From Lingula anatina (Eukaryota; Animalia; Brachiopoda): a stretch of 64,000 nt of DNA. The stretch spans positions 26,108,401-26,172,400 of the forward strand of contig CM120641.1 in assembly GCA_051362555.1 (NCBI GenBank). Direction: 5' to 3'. The notes beneath the pieces were generated by a model. That model saw nothing but the letters and a program-made list of their open reading frames with translations, was not told the origin of the DNA and searched no databases. Both the position numbers and the translations under genes were made by a program. Below are positions 26,904 to 40,272 of the stretch, one piece after another (position 1 is the stretch's first letter; every line of letters starts with the position of its first letter).

Positions 26904-29673
26904 TTTTCGGCTTGTCAAATCAGGTCTTAACGGAAATGTGGATTGAATTAAATTTGGAAAAACCAGGATGCAGTGCATCGTCATACTCATGTATTTCTTG
27001 TTAAGCCTATTGTGACTCTGCTTCTCACCATGCGATAGGCGGAGTCGAAGTGGGATCGAGTTGCCGATTGATATGTGGAAAAATTATTCCCACCTTCATC
27101 ACACACACAAGCACGCACGCACGCACACACACACGCACACACACACACATACTTTTCTTTTTTAATTTCAGTTTGTCTTTCTTTAATCCTTATCATACAA
27201 AGCAGATTTATTTTTACGAATTAATCAATTACTCTAATATTTTTTGGTAAACCAATAAATTCTATAATACACATTGGTGGAGAATTTCAATACTGAGATG
27301 GGTAAGTTTAAAACATACTGTATATTACCTTTAGGAAAGAATATGTTCTTTTTTTTTCACAACTACACAAATTCCTTCCAATCCGAATTCAATAATATAT
27401 CTAAACAAAACCAACACTAAATTGAAAATGTAAATGGAAACTCTAAATTGACAAAAACTGGCACAACAGTGAAATGTTATTAAAAATAGGAACACTGGTG
27501 AAATAAGAATAGGAAAGCAATTAGCACAGGAATGAAACAACCGTACTCACCCTTCCCGTTTTCCTATCAGAAATTCTTAATTAAATTATTAATTAATCGC
27601 ATCCAAAAACTAGTTCATTCTGACCTATCCTGGAAATTTAAGAAAATCTCTCCATAACTTTACATATTGTTGCTAACAGACAAGCAAATATAATTAATTG
27701 ATTAACTAATTAATCGCCAAAATATTACTGTTCGGCACTTTGTACCTTCCCGACAGTTGGTGCAATGGCGAAATAGGCAACCAGCTTCGGAAAATATTGC
27801 CCCTAATTGTAGATGGTTGGGTTAAAATCATCCCCACCCCAACGCTGTAATCCAGGATTCATTAATGGATGTGTTTGTGTTACGTATTTTCTCGGAATAC
27901 TTGATGCATTATTTATGAAGAAGATCTTAAATATAGCAGTCATTGTTTCCTTGTTTCGTGGCTAAATGATGACCCAATGTGATTCTCTCTGACCACTTGT
28001 TGGTCAGAAAGGGATCGTCGTGCGCTACCTGTTTAGAATAATTTTTAAAATAACTGTGAGACAGGTAATTCGTAATAGGACTTATATTTAGGTCATGGAA
28101 CATCTTCCCACGACAGGTGACACATGACCTACAGGTGAGTAGGCGTTGACATCCTGATACAAAACTGGGAACACAGCCAATGCGGATACAGTGTTTCTTA
28201 TTAATATGCTTGCAGAGGTAAAATAATCTTATTCCAACAATACACTTGAATGAAAAAGGTCATAAAAGAATTTAATGTAACTTGAAAAAAAAAAAAACAT
28301 CAGGTTCTATTAGTATGCATCCACGCTCTAAAACAAAACAAAACAAAAAAAAACTTCCTGATTTTTATTGATCATTTTATTCCTTAAATCTTCAAATCTA
28401 GAGAAAATAGGCGGTTGGGTCTGTGGGTTTGGTCTTTTATGTTTATTGCTCCTAGTATTACTGCGAGCCCTGTTGGCAGTGCGAAAATGAATGTTCCAGT
28501 GTGACAGGGATGGTAGTCCTAGGAATGGAAGTCCGGAGTCTCATATGAGAGAAAAGTTGCCCTTTTTTCTAAGTTTTTTCAGCAATGAAATTTATTTTCA
28601 CAGTAATTCTGAGTATCGGTAGGGAACTTGCTGAATGAAATCGCCATAAATAATATAGTTACTACAAACAGTGTCTTCCACATTGTGATGCGCTTAAAAC
28701 ACTGCATCATACTGGTCTTGTTATCCCTTTTTTAAATTTACGTGCTATAATGAAACTCGGTGATGCCTGTCCTGGTCTCAAGAGCCAAAAATGTCCAAAA
28801 CATGAAGGAGCCTAGGTCTTCATGTAATAATTCATTATATGTATTTTCTCAAAATAACAAATGATTAGATTTGCGTGTGGGCGTTAATATCCTTAAAGCA
28901 CAACAATAAGCTTAACGTTAAGGATACAGTTCCTTTATCGAGTGCGGTTGGGTTTACCTGTGAATCGTGTGTTCAGTACAATGATGGCCAAGAATTGAGG
29001 ATTGCCAATATTTATTTTTGCTTTTTTGTCCTGAAAAAGGAGTTACCCTAAGTATTTTGTGATTCAAGGACACCGCCCTCCTCGCCCCGGTACCACCCCC
29101 CCCCCTCCCTGAACAATATCCTCCCCCGATCCAACAAAAGAAAATACATTGCTTTTGAGACCCTTTTTTAAACATTTTACATTTCTTGAATATTTAACTG
29201 ATAATCTATATAAAAACAGAAATGTTGGCCATTGATTACTAGATTCAGAAAGCTCACTCAGACTCTTAGTTTTCTGCCAGAAATTTCAGTAGATTAACTT
29301 CTATTAAAACCTGTAAAATGCGTCTTAAAACTTACGTGGACATGTTTTTTAAAGTCAGCTTTCAGTGGAATGAAATATGCTACCAATTGAATCAACTGAT
29401 AACTTTAAAAGGGAGTTACAACATATATCTTCAGGGAATTTTATGATTGATTACCTTACTTGTTATTGATTTTATGTTAGAAATAAGCAGTTTCTATCTT
29501 GAATCTTCATCCTTTTCAAGATTATTTTCGACTGATATATTCTGATTATATTGTGTTCTTATGTACTTGTTTTTATGTAAAGTCTACTTAACTTTGTACT
29601 ATACTGTATGCTTTTAAGTTCATAACAAAACATAAGTATTGGATTTAGACCATTTACGTTCGGACTAGTACGC

Positions 29674-32226
29674 TTATTTTCCAATGTTTCTGAGCCTGTT
29701 CAACAATAAGTTGCGAAAGAAATTTGGTGGTAATGTCGGTGGTGCCTGTGTAGGCGAGGAAAGCCCATGTGCGTTCCTAAAACTAGTGAAGGCCCTGTTG
29801 GCAATTCTTCTAGCAGCAGCGAAGGACTGGGCTTCGAATATGTGGTCGGGAATTGGAGTCGAAACCAAGGCCTCGATGCTCGCGAGATTTACCCTAGGGC
29901 CGATAGGACTGGCAAATATCTCTACACCTAATATAATAAAATAAAATAAAATTTTGTATCAATTTAGTTTTTGTACATTAAGATTTAGATATCATTAAAA
30001 CACTCCATGCAAAATATGCAAAATTGTCGAAAACAGAACGAATTAATTTTATAAGGGGATAAGGAATATTGGTAAACTCGATCACCCCCCTTTCCACGAG
30101 CCAATCTGACCTATAAATCTTACCATTAGCCTTAAGCACGTTTGCCACTGGAACGGGGTCTTTCCCGCTATTTTTATTGCCATCTGTCAGTATCCACAAT
30201 AAACGCACGCGTCCAGCACCCGAAGCAGCATCCAAGACGGTTTTAGCTTTTTCAAGACCCACGCCCGTTGCTGTACTTGGACCTATTGAAACATAAGAAG
30301 AAAAAAGGATAAATAACGAGTCTGTACTTTAGGATTAGGGACAAAAGTTTTCGGAAGTGAAATGCATTAGCTGCGCTGAGCGCAGCTGTTATGACGTTCA
30401 AGTTGAGAGTGTTGGTAGCATTGCTTTGCAAAAAGAACGACTTTTGCTAAAACAGCGAAACAAGTGACGTCAGGCTGAGAAAAACGACTATAAAACACTC
30501 AGCAACATAAAGAAATATCTGCCCCCCCTCCCCCAGGGGTAAGATCCTTCTTTACTTATGGCACATATACCGTTGTCAAATTTGATGCCGTCGATTGCCG
30601 TCTTCACAGCTGCAGGATTGCTATTGGCCGTGAAGGTGAACTGGGTGCGGGTAAGGGCAGGGGAAGAAAAGCTCACACAGGCAATTCTTGATCCTGTGCT
30701 AGAGATTGGTGCCTGTTGGTCCACAAAGCCTACGATTTCCTGGAAATGGAATAAAAAATAATTATGATAATTATAAAATAAAAGGATAGGCTGTTCTTTA
30801 AAGAAATTTAAATCTAAGAGAAGAAACATATATAGACCTATTTTTGTCGTTCGTTCATTACTGCCTCGAGCCTTTTTTTTTTTTTTAAACAAAATTTTGC
30901 CGTTGGGGAAGTGGAATCCTGTTATATATTGCATTACATTCTGAACACAAACGCCGGTATTGAAAGCCATCATTCTCAACAGCATAATTAAGGACAGCCT
31001 ACGTGTATCAACACATGCTAACCATGCACCATTCGTATCCAGATGCGGATGAAAGGCGCCTGTAACCGCTTCTGCTCGCAACAAGTCAATCCCAGTCCAA
31101 TGTAAAGATTTTAATTGCACCTTATCTAAAGCAAGTGAAAATTTAACTAACTTCTCCCGTTTTAATTCTAACTGCAAATTGAACTCACTTTCATCATGTC
31201 CTTGCCAACGGTGAAGTTTTGTTGTCGAACACTACCGCTGCTGTCGAGGACAAATATCAGGTCTATCTTGGGTACAGCGCCACCATTCCTACCTACTTTA
31301 CTACCGAAATTGCAGAAGAGCCCAAGGCAGCCAGACCGCGATGTGGTTGTTGTTGGTAAAAACTTTGATAAAAATCCTCTTTGAAATGCATCTGCGACAG
31401 CTTGTTCACTGCGGAACCCCGTAAGACCTGAAATGATTGTTTGAAAAGTTTGGTAAATCTCTCAAATCTCAAGACTTTTTTTTCGAAATTGCTCTCAAAA
31501 ATCTGAAACTAAATTTTACAATTCCCATTCATGGAATGAGAATATCATTATTATAGTTACCTCCGCCAAGGAGGTTATGCTTTTACCCCTGTTTGTCTGT
31601 CTGTCTTTCTGTCTGTCTGTCATCAGCATAACACAAAAAGTTATGGACCGATTTTGATGAAATTTTCAGGAACTATATGGACCGATTTTGATGAAATTTT
31701 CAGGAACTATCAGAACTGGGCCAAGGAAGATATGATTAGTTTTTGGTGGTGATCCGGATCAATAATTTATCAATAATCAATAATCAAAAAACTAAGTTAT
31801 GGACCGATTTTGATGAAATTTTCAGAAACTGTCAGAAGTGGGCCAAGGAACAGATGATTAGTTTTTGGTGGTGATCCGGATCAATAATTAATCAATAATG
31901 AATTATAAAAAATATCCAAAATTTAGGGGTGAAACGGCATTGGATGGAGACTTTGCTAACTTGGCGGAGGTCTGCGCTCTCTGAGTGCTTTTCTAGTATT
32001 TTAAAATAATATTTAGATTCCTGACTTATATGTAAGCTTCCGACCTTCAACTTGACATCAAAATTGATAACTGACTCTGATTCAGCTAAAGGGAATTTGG
32101 TCCCTCTATTTTAAAGATATTTTTCGTACAGATAAAATTGATTTTCCAAAGGAAAGCATCGATTGGGAACTTACCTAATGAAGCCTCAACAAATAACAAT
32201 GACAATACAAACAGTGCCTTCCACAT
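29674..32226 (-). CDS. Secreted single VWA domain protein, copy 2 (290 aa)
   Basis: Exons 32175-32226, 31189-31427, 30571-30739, 30124-30282, 29674-29927. The ORF, splice sites and MIDAS motif are intact. Confidence 0.9.
31557..31996 (+). mobile_element. Non-autonomous Helentron-associated (HINE/DINE-1-like) element in intron 1 of VWA copy 2
   Basis: Absent at the homologous site of copy 1. It has subterminal inverted repeats ACCTCCGCCAAG (31559-31570) and CTTGGCGGAGGT (31960-31971), a (GTCT)n tract, internal ~120-bp tandem repeats, and a 3' hairpin GCGCTC-TCT-GAGTGC followed by TTTTCTAG. Confidence 0.85.
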
Positions 32227-32789
32227 TTTGATGAGTTGAAAACAGTGCATGAAACTCCTATACTGGTGAAGCCGTATTGACCTCAGTTTTTATATACTGT
32301 TGTAACCCAGATCTATGAGTCTGCGTCATTTTCGGCTCGTCAAATCAAGTCTTAGGGGAAATGTGGATTGAATTAAATTTGGAAAAAACCAGGATGCAGA
32401 GCGTCGTAATACTCCTGTCTTTCTTGGTAGGCCTATTGTGATAGTGCTCCTCACAATGCAATAGGCAGAGTAGAGGTGGGATCGAGTTGCCTATTGATAT
32501 GTCGAGAAACCATCCCCACCCTCTTCACACACACACACACCCACGCACACACACACACACATACTTCTCTTTCTTGATTTCAGTCTGTCTTTCTCTAATC
32601 CTTTTATTTTTAAAGGAAGGAATATGTTCTTTTTTCATAAATACAAAAATTCCTTCCAATCCGAATTCTAATAATATATCTAAACAAAACCAACACTAAA
32701 CTGAAAATGTAAATGGAAGCAGTGAAATGTTATTAAAAATAGGAACACTGGTGAAATAAGAATAGGAAAGCGATTAGCACAGGAATGAA

Positions 32790-33105
32790 ACAACCGTACT
32801 CACCCTTCCCGTTTTCCTAGCAGAAATTATTAATTAAATTATTAATTAATCGCATCCCAAAATTTGTTCATTCTGACCTATCCTGGAAATTTCACAAAAT
32901 CTCTCCATAACTTTACATATTGTTGCTAACAGACAAGCAAATGTAAGTAATTGATTAACTAATTAATCCCCAAAATACTACTGTTCGGTACTTTGGACCT
33001 TCCCGACAGTTTCTGAAAATGTCATCACAAACCATCCACAACTTTCCCCGTAATTTTGCTAACAGACAAACGGGACCAAAATTATAACCTCCTTGGTGGA
33101 AGTAA
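32790..33105 (-). mobile_element. Older, degenerate HINE-like element of a related family upstream of VWA copy 2 (partly deleted in copy 1, ~27540-27757)
   Basis: 33084-33105 'ataacctccttggtggaagtaa' is the near reverse complement of the 5' end 'ttacctccgccaaggaggttat' of the element at 31557. 'aacagacaaac' microsatellite remnants are also present. Confidence 0.6.
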
Positions 33106-34890
33106 AAATAGGAAGACTAATTTATTAAGAAGAGGACAGCAATTACCATAGTATGTAGAATCTAACGGAGTTGTGCAATGGCGAAATAGGCAACTAGCTT
33201 CTGAAAATATTGCCCCTAACTGTAGATGGTTGGGTTAAAATCATCCCCACCCCAACGCTGTAATCCAGGATTCATTAATGGATGTGTTTGTGTTACGTAT
33301 TTTCTCTGAATACCTGATGCATTATTTATGAAGAAGATCTTAAATATAACAGTCATCAAAATCAAAAAGGGATTTTATGCGCTACCTGTTTGGAATGATT
33401 TTATTTTATTTGAAAATAACTGTGTGACAGGTAATTCGTGATAGGATTTATATTAAGGTCATAGTGGGAACATCTTCCCACGACAGGTGACACATGACCT
33501 ACAGGTGAGTAGGCGTTGACATCCTGATACAAAACTGGGAACACTGCCAATGCGGATACAGTGTTTCTTATTAATATGCTTGCAGAGGTAAATTAATCTT
33601 ATTCCAACAATACACTTGGATGAAAAAGGCCATAAAAGAATTTAATGTACCTTGAAAAAAAAACATCAAGTCTTATTAGTATGCATCCACGACCTGAAAA
33701 AAAAAAATCTCCGCATCTTCCTAATTTTTATTGATCATTTTATTCCTTAAATCTTCAAATCTAGAGAAAATTGGCGGTTGGGTCTGTGGTTAAGTGCTAT
33801 AAAGAGACAGAATGGTCTCAAGAACCAAAAATGTCCAAAAAATGACAATACAAAGCGGAGTCTAGGTCTTCATGTGATAATCCCTTATGTGCATTTTCTG
33901 AAAATAACGCATGATTAGTTTGCGTGTGGGCGTTAATATCCTTAAAGCACAACAATAAGCTTAACTTTAAGGATATAGTTTCTTTATCGAGTGCGCTTGA
34001 GTTTACCTGAGAATCGTGTGTTCAATACAATGGTGTTCAAATATTGAGGACCACGCATAGTTATTTTTGTCTTTTTGTCATGAAAAGGGAGTAACCCATA
34101 GTATTAAATGATTCAAGGACACCCCCCCTTTACCACTTGCTCGCCCCCCCCCCTCCCTACCTGAACAATGTCCTCCCCGATCCAACGAAAGAAAATACAC
34201 CGCTTTTGAGTACCCTTTTTAAACATTTTGCATTTCTTGAATATTTTAATGATAAGCTATATAAAAGCAGAAATGTTGGTCATTCATTACAAAATTCAGA
34301 AAGCTCACAATCTTAGTTTCCTACACCAGAAGTTTGAGTAGATCTTTTATTGAAACCTGTAAAATGCGTCTTAAACTTTATGGGGACTCCTCTGATTTAA
34401 TTCCTACAGAAATCAATATCGTATCTTTCGTAAGTGTCCTCAGTTGTCGCTTGTGTTATGCGGACAATATGTTGAATTAGACATCCCTCATGCGTGCAAA
34501 TATACTATTCAAACATTTCCAGTGATATTTAAACAATTTTATGTTATTATTACAACGCAACCGTTTGAACTTTCTCCGGTTTCTATTATGTGATGCAACA
34601 ATGGAATCTTTACAAAGGTATCAAAGCCAGAATAAATGTAGCTGTTAAGTTATAAAAGGAGAACTTACGCTATTTTATCAACACTAAGAGGCCGTGAATT
34701 TCAATACAAAGGCTCTATTCTAGTCCAGACTATTTCGACACTCCTGGGTTAGCAACACACTGTATTGCATTGATATTACACGCGCCGAATTCTTTCCAAG
34801 TTGTTCGGCGTATATTATCGATACTGGCAGTGTTTGCGGCACGGTAGTTCAAATGCGTCAGTTTTTATGACAGGACTCTAATATACAAGA

Positions 34891-36036
34891 ATGGCAAGCG
34901 ACGTCGATCAAGGAACCCTCAAACCTGCCTCTGTGGTCCTTGCCATGGTGGACCCAAGGATTGAGACTGACAAACAGACTGGGAAGAAAGCCACCATAGG
35001 GCCAATGGAGGTCTTGGAAGAGGAAAAGAAAATGGCTGCAACGTTGAGAAAGGGACACGAGAATCTTTTGACGAAAGAAGCCAAGGAGGCAGCTCATGCA
35101 AAGATGATTAGGTACAGGGTGCGTTCCTTGGCAGACGACACTCTTTTTAATCTGGAAGGGTGCACTGCGCCTCTTCACGAACCTGAAGAAAAATCGCCAA
35201 GGGGCAGAGTTACCGATAATAATAATGACAGTGACGAAACTCGCTTCGCCCCTCGGGAAAATGAAGTTTATGGAAAAATAGCAACGCCTGTCCTGCCTCG
35301 CGTCCATCGACGGTTTTTAAGAGAACACGGCTTTAATGTCGCCCGGTCGCCCAACGCCACAGGGTCAACCCATGGGAATTTGCTAGGTATTTTACCTTAT
35401 CTACCCACCACAGAGCAGCACTCTTTACAACATAAAATAGAGATGGATACTATGGCATTTCCGCGAATCACAAGAAATAAAACATTTGCTGCTTTTCGTG
35501 GAAATTTTGACCTGACACAGAGCTTACCAAACATTTCACTTTCGTCTAGTCTGGACAGAGCACAGTCACTGATGCTTTTAGCAGAGAAGGGATCTGTCTC
35601 ACGAAATGATTTACAAACATTGAACCCAAACGATTCACTGACAAAGACACAGTCAATGCATGAGATATATTCGACGGGGGAAAACAATCTTCAAAAATTC
35701 AAGAATGAGTCGAAGAATACGTCAAACAGGATGGCACAATATTCTCAGGAGCAGACGAAAAAAATTTCGAAAAGACTGACTCGCTCTTTAGGGAACATAC
35801 CAACGGCAGAGACAGATCCTGATTTCATTCCTTTTAATAAGGCATTTAAGCTACCGAAATTACCAAAAGGATTAAATGCTACGGCCTTGGCGAGAAATAT
35901 TCAAAAACTGAGATACGAACGCCAGAAGCAAGAACTAAAGGAACTGTACCAACAGTACGCACCGACATTAATGTCCCTTCTAGCAACTTTACCCGAAGAA
36001 ACACCTGCCTTCCACGTAAAGTCTACAAAGGCATAA
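34891..36036 (+). CDS. Intronless uncharacterised protein (381 aa)
   Basis: 1146-nt ORF with AATAAA at ~36066. It has repeated 'TQSLP/AQSLM/TQSMH/TRSLG' motifs, FKLPKL and a C-terminal helical segment. No domain recognised. Confidence 0.75.
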   Translation: MASDVDQGTLKPASVVLAMVDPRIETDKQTGKKATIGPMEVLEEEKKMAATLRKGHENLLTKEAKEAAHAKMIRYRVRSLADDTLFNLEGCTAPLHEPEEKSPRGRVTDNNNDSDETRFAPRENEVYGKIATPVLPRVHRRFLREHGFNVARSPNATGSTHGNLLGILPYLPTTEQHSLQHKIEMDTMAFPRITRNKTFAAFRGNFDLTQSLPNISLSSSLDRAQSLMLLAEKGSVSRNDLQTLNPNDSLTKTQSMHEIYSTGENNLQKFKNESKNTSNRMAQYSQEQTKKISKRLTRSLGNIPTAETDPDFIPFNKAFKLPKLPKGLNATALARNIQKLRYERQKQELKELYQQYAPTLMSLLATLPEETPAFHVKSTKA

Positions 36037-37474
36037 ACAATGGTGATATTGGAATAGAACTCTTTTAATAAAATGAACAGTGAAATGACAACAGACACAT
36101 ATTAAAGGATAGCGCATTTACGGACCATTTATCCAACAGGAAACAGGCCACGCCTTAAAAATATTTATTTATTGTATTTTTAGTGTTTTATGCGCATTTA
36201 GTATCATAAATCACCGTTATAAGCCTTTTGTATTAGCATGCTTTTAAATAAAAGCTTAAAGTAAGATAAAGCACTGTTGGATATTAGCATGTTCAAAAAT
36301 GATTCATCTCGGCTGAAAGGAGAGGCTGACTCAGGTGAATGACTCCTCCTGGTATATAAAGGCAACTTTTTCAAAAGTTCGATAAGTAAATTATCGGATT
36401 GAATTTACATGCAAGCGCTGATAATAATAAAATTACAACAACTTGATACAATTTCAAAAGGAAAATGAAAAAATTACATCAACTATTTATTAGATGACAT
36501 GCAAAAAAGTTACAAGAACAATAAGGCCTACATTTATGGAAATAATCCGTAGTCTATTGTTAACACACAAAAATAAACTAGGTCGGTCCTAATCTTTAAT
36601 GAGGTAAGCAGTTCTCAGGGAGAACGGATTACGATCCATTTTCTGCAGTCTTGATTATTTAAGCGGTCTATCGTGCACTTTTGTTTGCACTTGAAAGAAC
36701 TGTATGAGAAATATAACCGTACTACCCTAAAACTATACTTTAAATCACTAAGCCCACGCTTATTTCTAGTACATTTTTAGCAGCCTTTTTTTTTTTTTTT
36801 TGGAGGGGGAGCATCATGAAATCATGAACCTTTTCACTTCTTTAGTTGACCCAACATGAGAAATGGCATATCTAGCATATCGAGATCTAACTTTGATTAA
36901 TGGAAAACCTTTTCCGTCCAAAAAAACAATTCTTTCCATTCCCCCTCCTGTGGGTGCACCGAGAGATTCAGTGATACGTTGGCAATACGTTAGTGCACAG
37001 TTTTATGACATTAAAACATTAATATTGAATGAAAAATGTCTTAAAACGGCAAAAGTTGATAGATTCATACAAAAATAATAATATTAGTAACAAGAAGAAG
37101 AAAAAAAAGAAAAAATAAAACTTTCAACAGTACTGTTATATTTTCTTTTAAAATCGAATTTTGTCACTTTTGTTTTTCCACACAGATATCACGCTTTCTT
37201 TTTATAGGGCATTAGTCAGGTCAAACCTGCTGAATTTCAAAGGAACATGCTGAATATCAATATGAATCTCGATTCTTGAGTATTGTACACACGTCGTATT
37301 TCTTCATCGTATAGAAGAATCTTAAAGTTAAGGTGATACAATAATCGCTGTAAGTGAATCTCCACAATCCCCACGCAAATAAGAAATCGCTTTTTAGAAA
37401 AAACAGTTCGCTTCAAAGAAAACCTTATAACTTCCAAGACTATTCTACCAAAACCTGAACTGCGATACAGATGT

Positions 37475-38740
37475 TTACAAACTATCCCGTATGGCCGCCG
37501 AATTTTTCCCTTGCTGCATCTGCATGTCGCCTTCATTGGAAGTCGGAGTCCAAATTTCTCTCTGCAAAATATTCACGAATAATACTAAAAAAGTCTGGTG
37601 TTTAATTGAAATTTTTTGCTGCCTTTAATATTTCTTTTAAGGCCTTATATAAACAGCACAAGCCTACCTGTTGAAATGTAGGTGGGATGTTTAAAAAAAC
37701 TTGATCAAGTTTTTACATAAAAACGCACAAGCGAAAAATTTTGATTTATCATATTCTTGCAGAGCATTAAAAACAACGGCCTTCCAAACTATATAACAAA
37801 ATAGCAGTAATTATTTTCCGATTTTCTGATTAATTATTTTCCGAAGAAGTTAACTAATATATTTAACAACGGATATTAAATTCGTTACTGCCCTACCTCT
37901 CCTCGAAATTTGTAATATAAAATCTCTCCTATGACAATAAGAACGACTAGAAACAGTCCAATTAATAAAGAGACAAACGGGGCAGCAACATCTATGAGAC
38001 GAACAGCGACAAATCCTTCATTTGACGAAGTAACCTCTGCGTCTTTCTCGTTTGAACACTTGTCTGCGAACCAAGCTTTCGTAAGCAAGAACAGTTCTCC
38101 ACTTTCTTGCATTCGCAGAATAGCGCGGTTGATTTCGTTTAAAACAGGAACACCTTTCTTTGTTACGAAGCCGTAGCCCATACTTGTGATTGGCTCCTGC
38201 AGCGCCCTCAGGTCACATGGCTTACTGTTGGCGATATAATTGGCTGTTGTCGATTCCATTACCATCACGAATGAGCCATCGGAATTACGAACTTTCTCCA
38301 CACCTTCGTCGATGGATTTTACAAACGATTCGTTTTGAGTTTTTAGCATCCTAGAATAGATATCTACATACTGTTGAATCCTGCTGGTTCTGAAGAAGGC
38401 TTGCGTGGAACCGTGATCAAGAACACCAATGGTGAACTTGTCGGGAAACTTGTCAAGCTCGGCAACATTGCCTATGGGGAGTTCTGGTTGGAGATCTTGC
38501 TTTGGCCGGAGGAACAGTACCGTGAGACTGGCCGTGTAACATATCAGCATGAAGACTACAAAAACCCACCAGAAACAAGCCAATGTACGGCCAGCAATAG
38601 AACGAGGTGGGCTGGAATACCCTGAAAATATATAGAAAATAATGTTACAGTTTTGGCAAAAAGTATTGACAGGTGTGGTAAGTGCTGATCAACAGATACC
38701 AATATTCTGTTTTTATATAAGTGCAATTCCAGGGGAGGGA

Positions 38741-38795
<55 letters not shown>

Positions 38796-40232
38796 CTTCT
38801 TAATCGATCTAAGGACTCTTACCTTGCCACATCAATCCACTAAAAGCAAGGAATAAGCTGTTTCCAACACCAAGATTACTCTTATCTCCCTGACTAGCTC
38901 GACCATCGTCTGCTGCTTTCCTCCATTCATAAGGATTCACTCTGTCGATGATAATAAACCCCACACTGACGACAAGGAAGGCCACGAGCACAAGTACCCA
39001 TACTTCCGCGGAAAAAGGGTGGAGAAGGCTGAAAAGGCGCGTTACTTCTTCCCATGGAGTAAACCTGGCCTTTTTCAGCAGAGCCACCAGACCAAAGTTG
39101 ATAAAAGGTTTGGAGAATCCGACGTATCTTGATCTTGTACTAGTTATTGAAATATCCCCAACTGCTATGTCGGCCGTCTTAAATAAAAAAAAGGAGCTGT
39201 TACTTTCTGTATTCCATTAAGTGTACTTCAGTAAAACATTACATCTAGGCTTGCCAGCTGAAAACTAAGCTCCTTTTTATTTTCATCAATCATTAAACTA
39301 TAGCTCATGCAAATGTCGCACTTAACAAATCAACAACTATTCCTTTACCCCATCTATTATTTCTTTCATCATTCCATTCCATTCCCCGGCTGTCACGTTG
39401 ACTAAGGTGCCGTAATAACCGTCATCTACTTCTTTGATTTCGTAGTCAAAATTCACTAACTTTGACACTTTCTCCAGTATGTCCTTGACAAAGCCGTAGT
39501 ATCGATCATTTTCGGAGTCGTAATCGAAAATCTGCCACTTCTTCATCATAAATGGCTTGTTCTTAGGGAAGAAAAGATAAAATTATTATTAAGTTGGCAA
39601 TTTTTCAGATAGCAACTGAATCTTTCTTTGGGCAAATTTTGAAGAATTACAAAGACAGTTCCTTCAATGAACAGCTAAACTCAAGTTTTTGTTCTTCGTC
39701 AAGTCTGCTTCGTCTGTTGGTTATAAAAAGCGTTCCCGTTTCAGATCTGATTTTTTTTTTACTTTAAAAAGTTAGCGGGAATCATATTCATATCTACCTA
39801 CCAATACTGTTGTCACAATAAACTTAGGTCTAGGTGTTGAGGCATTCTAAAAGAGAACAAACATGAACAATCAGATAACATGTTGAGATTCATGGCTTTC
39901 TTGAGCATGCTCAACTAAAGCAATTATGGAATAGGGACGAACGTAGAACACAATTTTGCATTCAAGATTGGCGCAGGAGCAATGTCACGGTCCATTACTG
40001 AACACAAAACCATTATCAGATAAAACTATAGACTCTAGAGATTTATAACTTTCTGAACAAGGCTCGTTCATTCAATTTAACTTGCTTCGTTGCTGCTGTA
40101 ATGATTCGGATCCTATTAGCATTTCATTAATTTGTGATCTGAGATAAAGGGGCTTCTGAAAAAATACTGTTTGTGGTATGGAGTTTTAACTGTTTTCGGA
40201 CTCACTGCTGGGCATACCCATGGTTTACAAAT

Positions 40233-40272
<40 letters not shown>

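Larger units (their letters stand above)
24610..34387. repeat. Tandem segmental duplication, ~4.7-kb unit (24610-29340 / 29606-34387)
   Basis: Exons, introns and about 2.2-2.5 kb of upstream DNA are collinear and highly similar between the copies. Both units end in 'aaacctgtaaaatgcgtcttaaa'. Confidence 0.92.

Noticed and set aside
30740-31177. N-terminal part of the 229-aa ORF 30488-31177
   Set aside because: It is intron 2 of VWA copy 2 read in frame by chance; the homologous intron in copy 1 contains a stop in that frame.
31636-31900. Repeated units superficially like a CRISPR array
   Set aside because: There are no unique spacers, the context is eukaryotic, and they are the internal tandem repeats of the HINE element.
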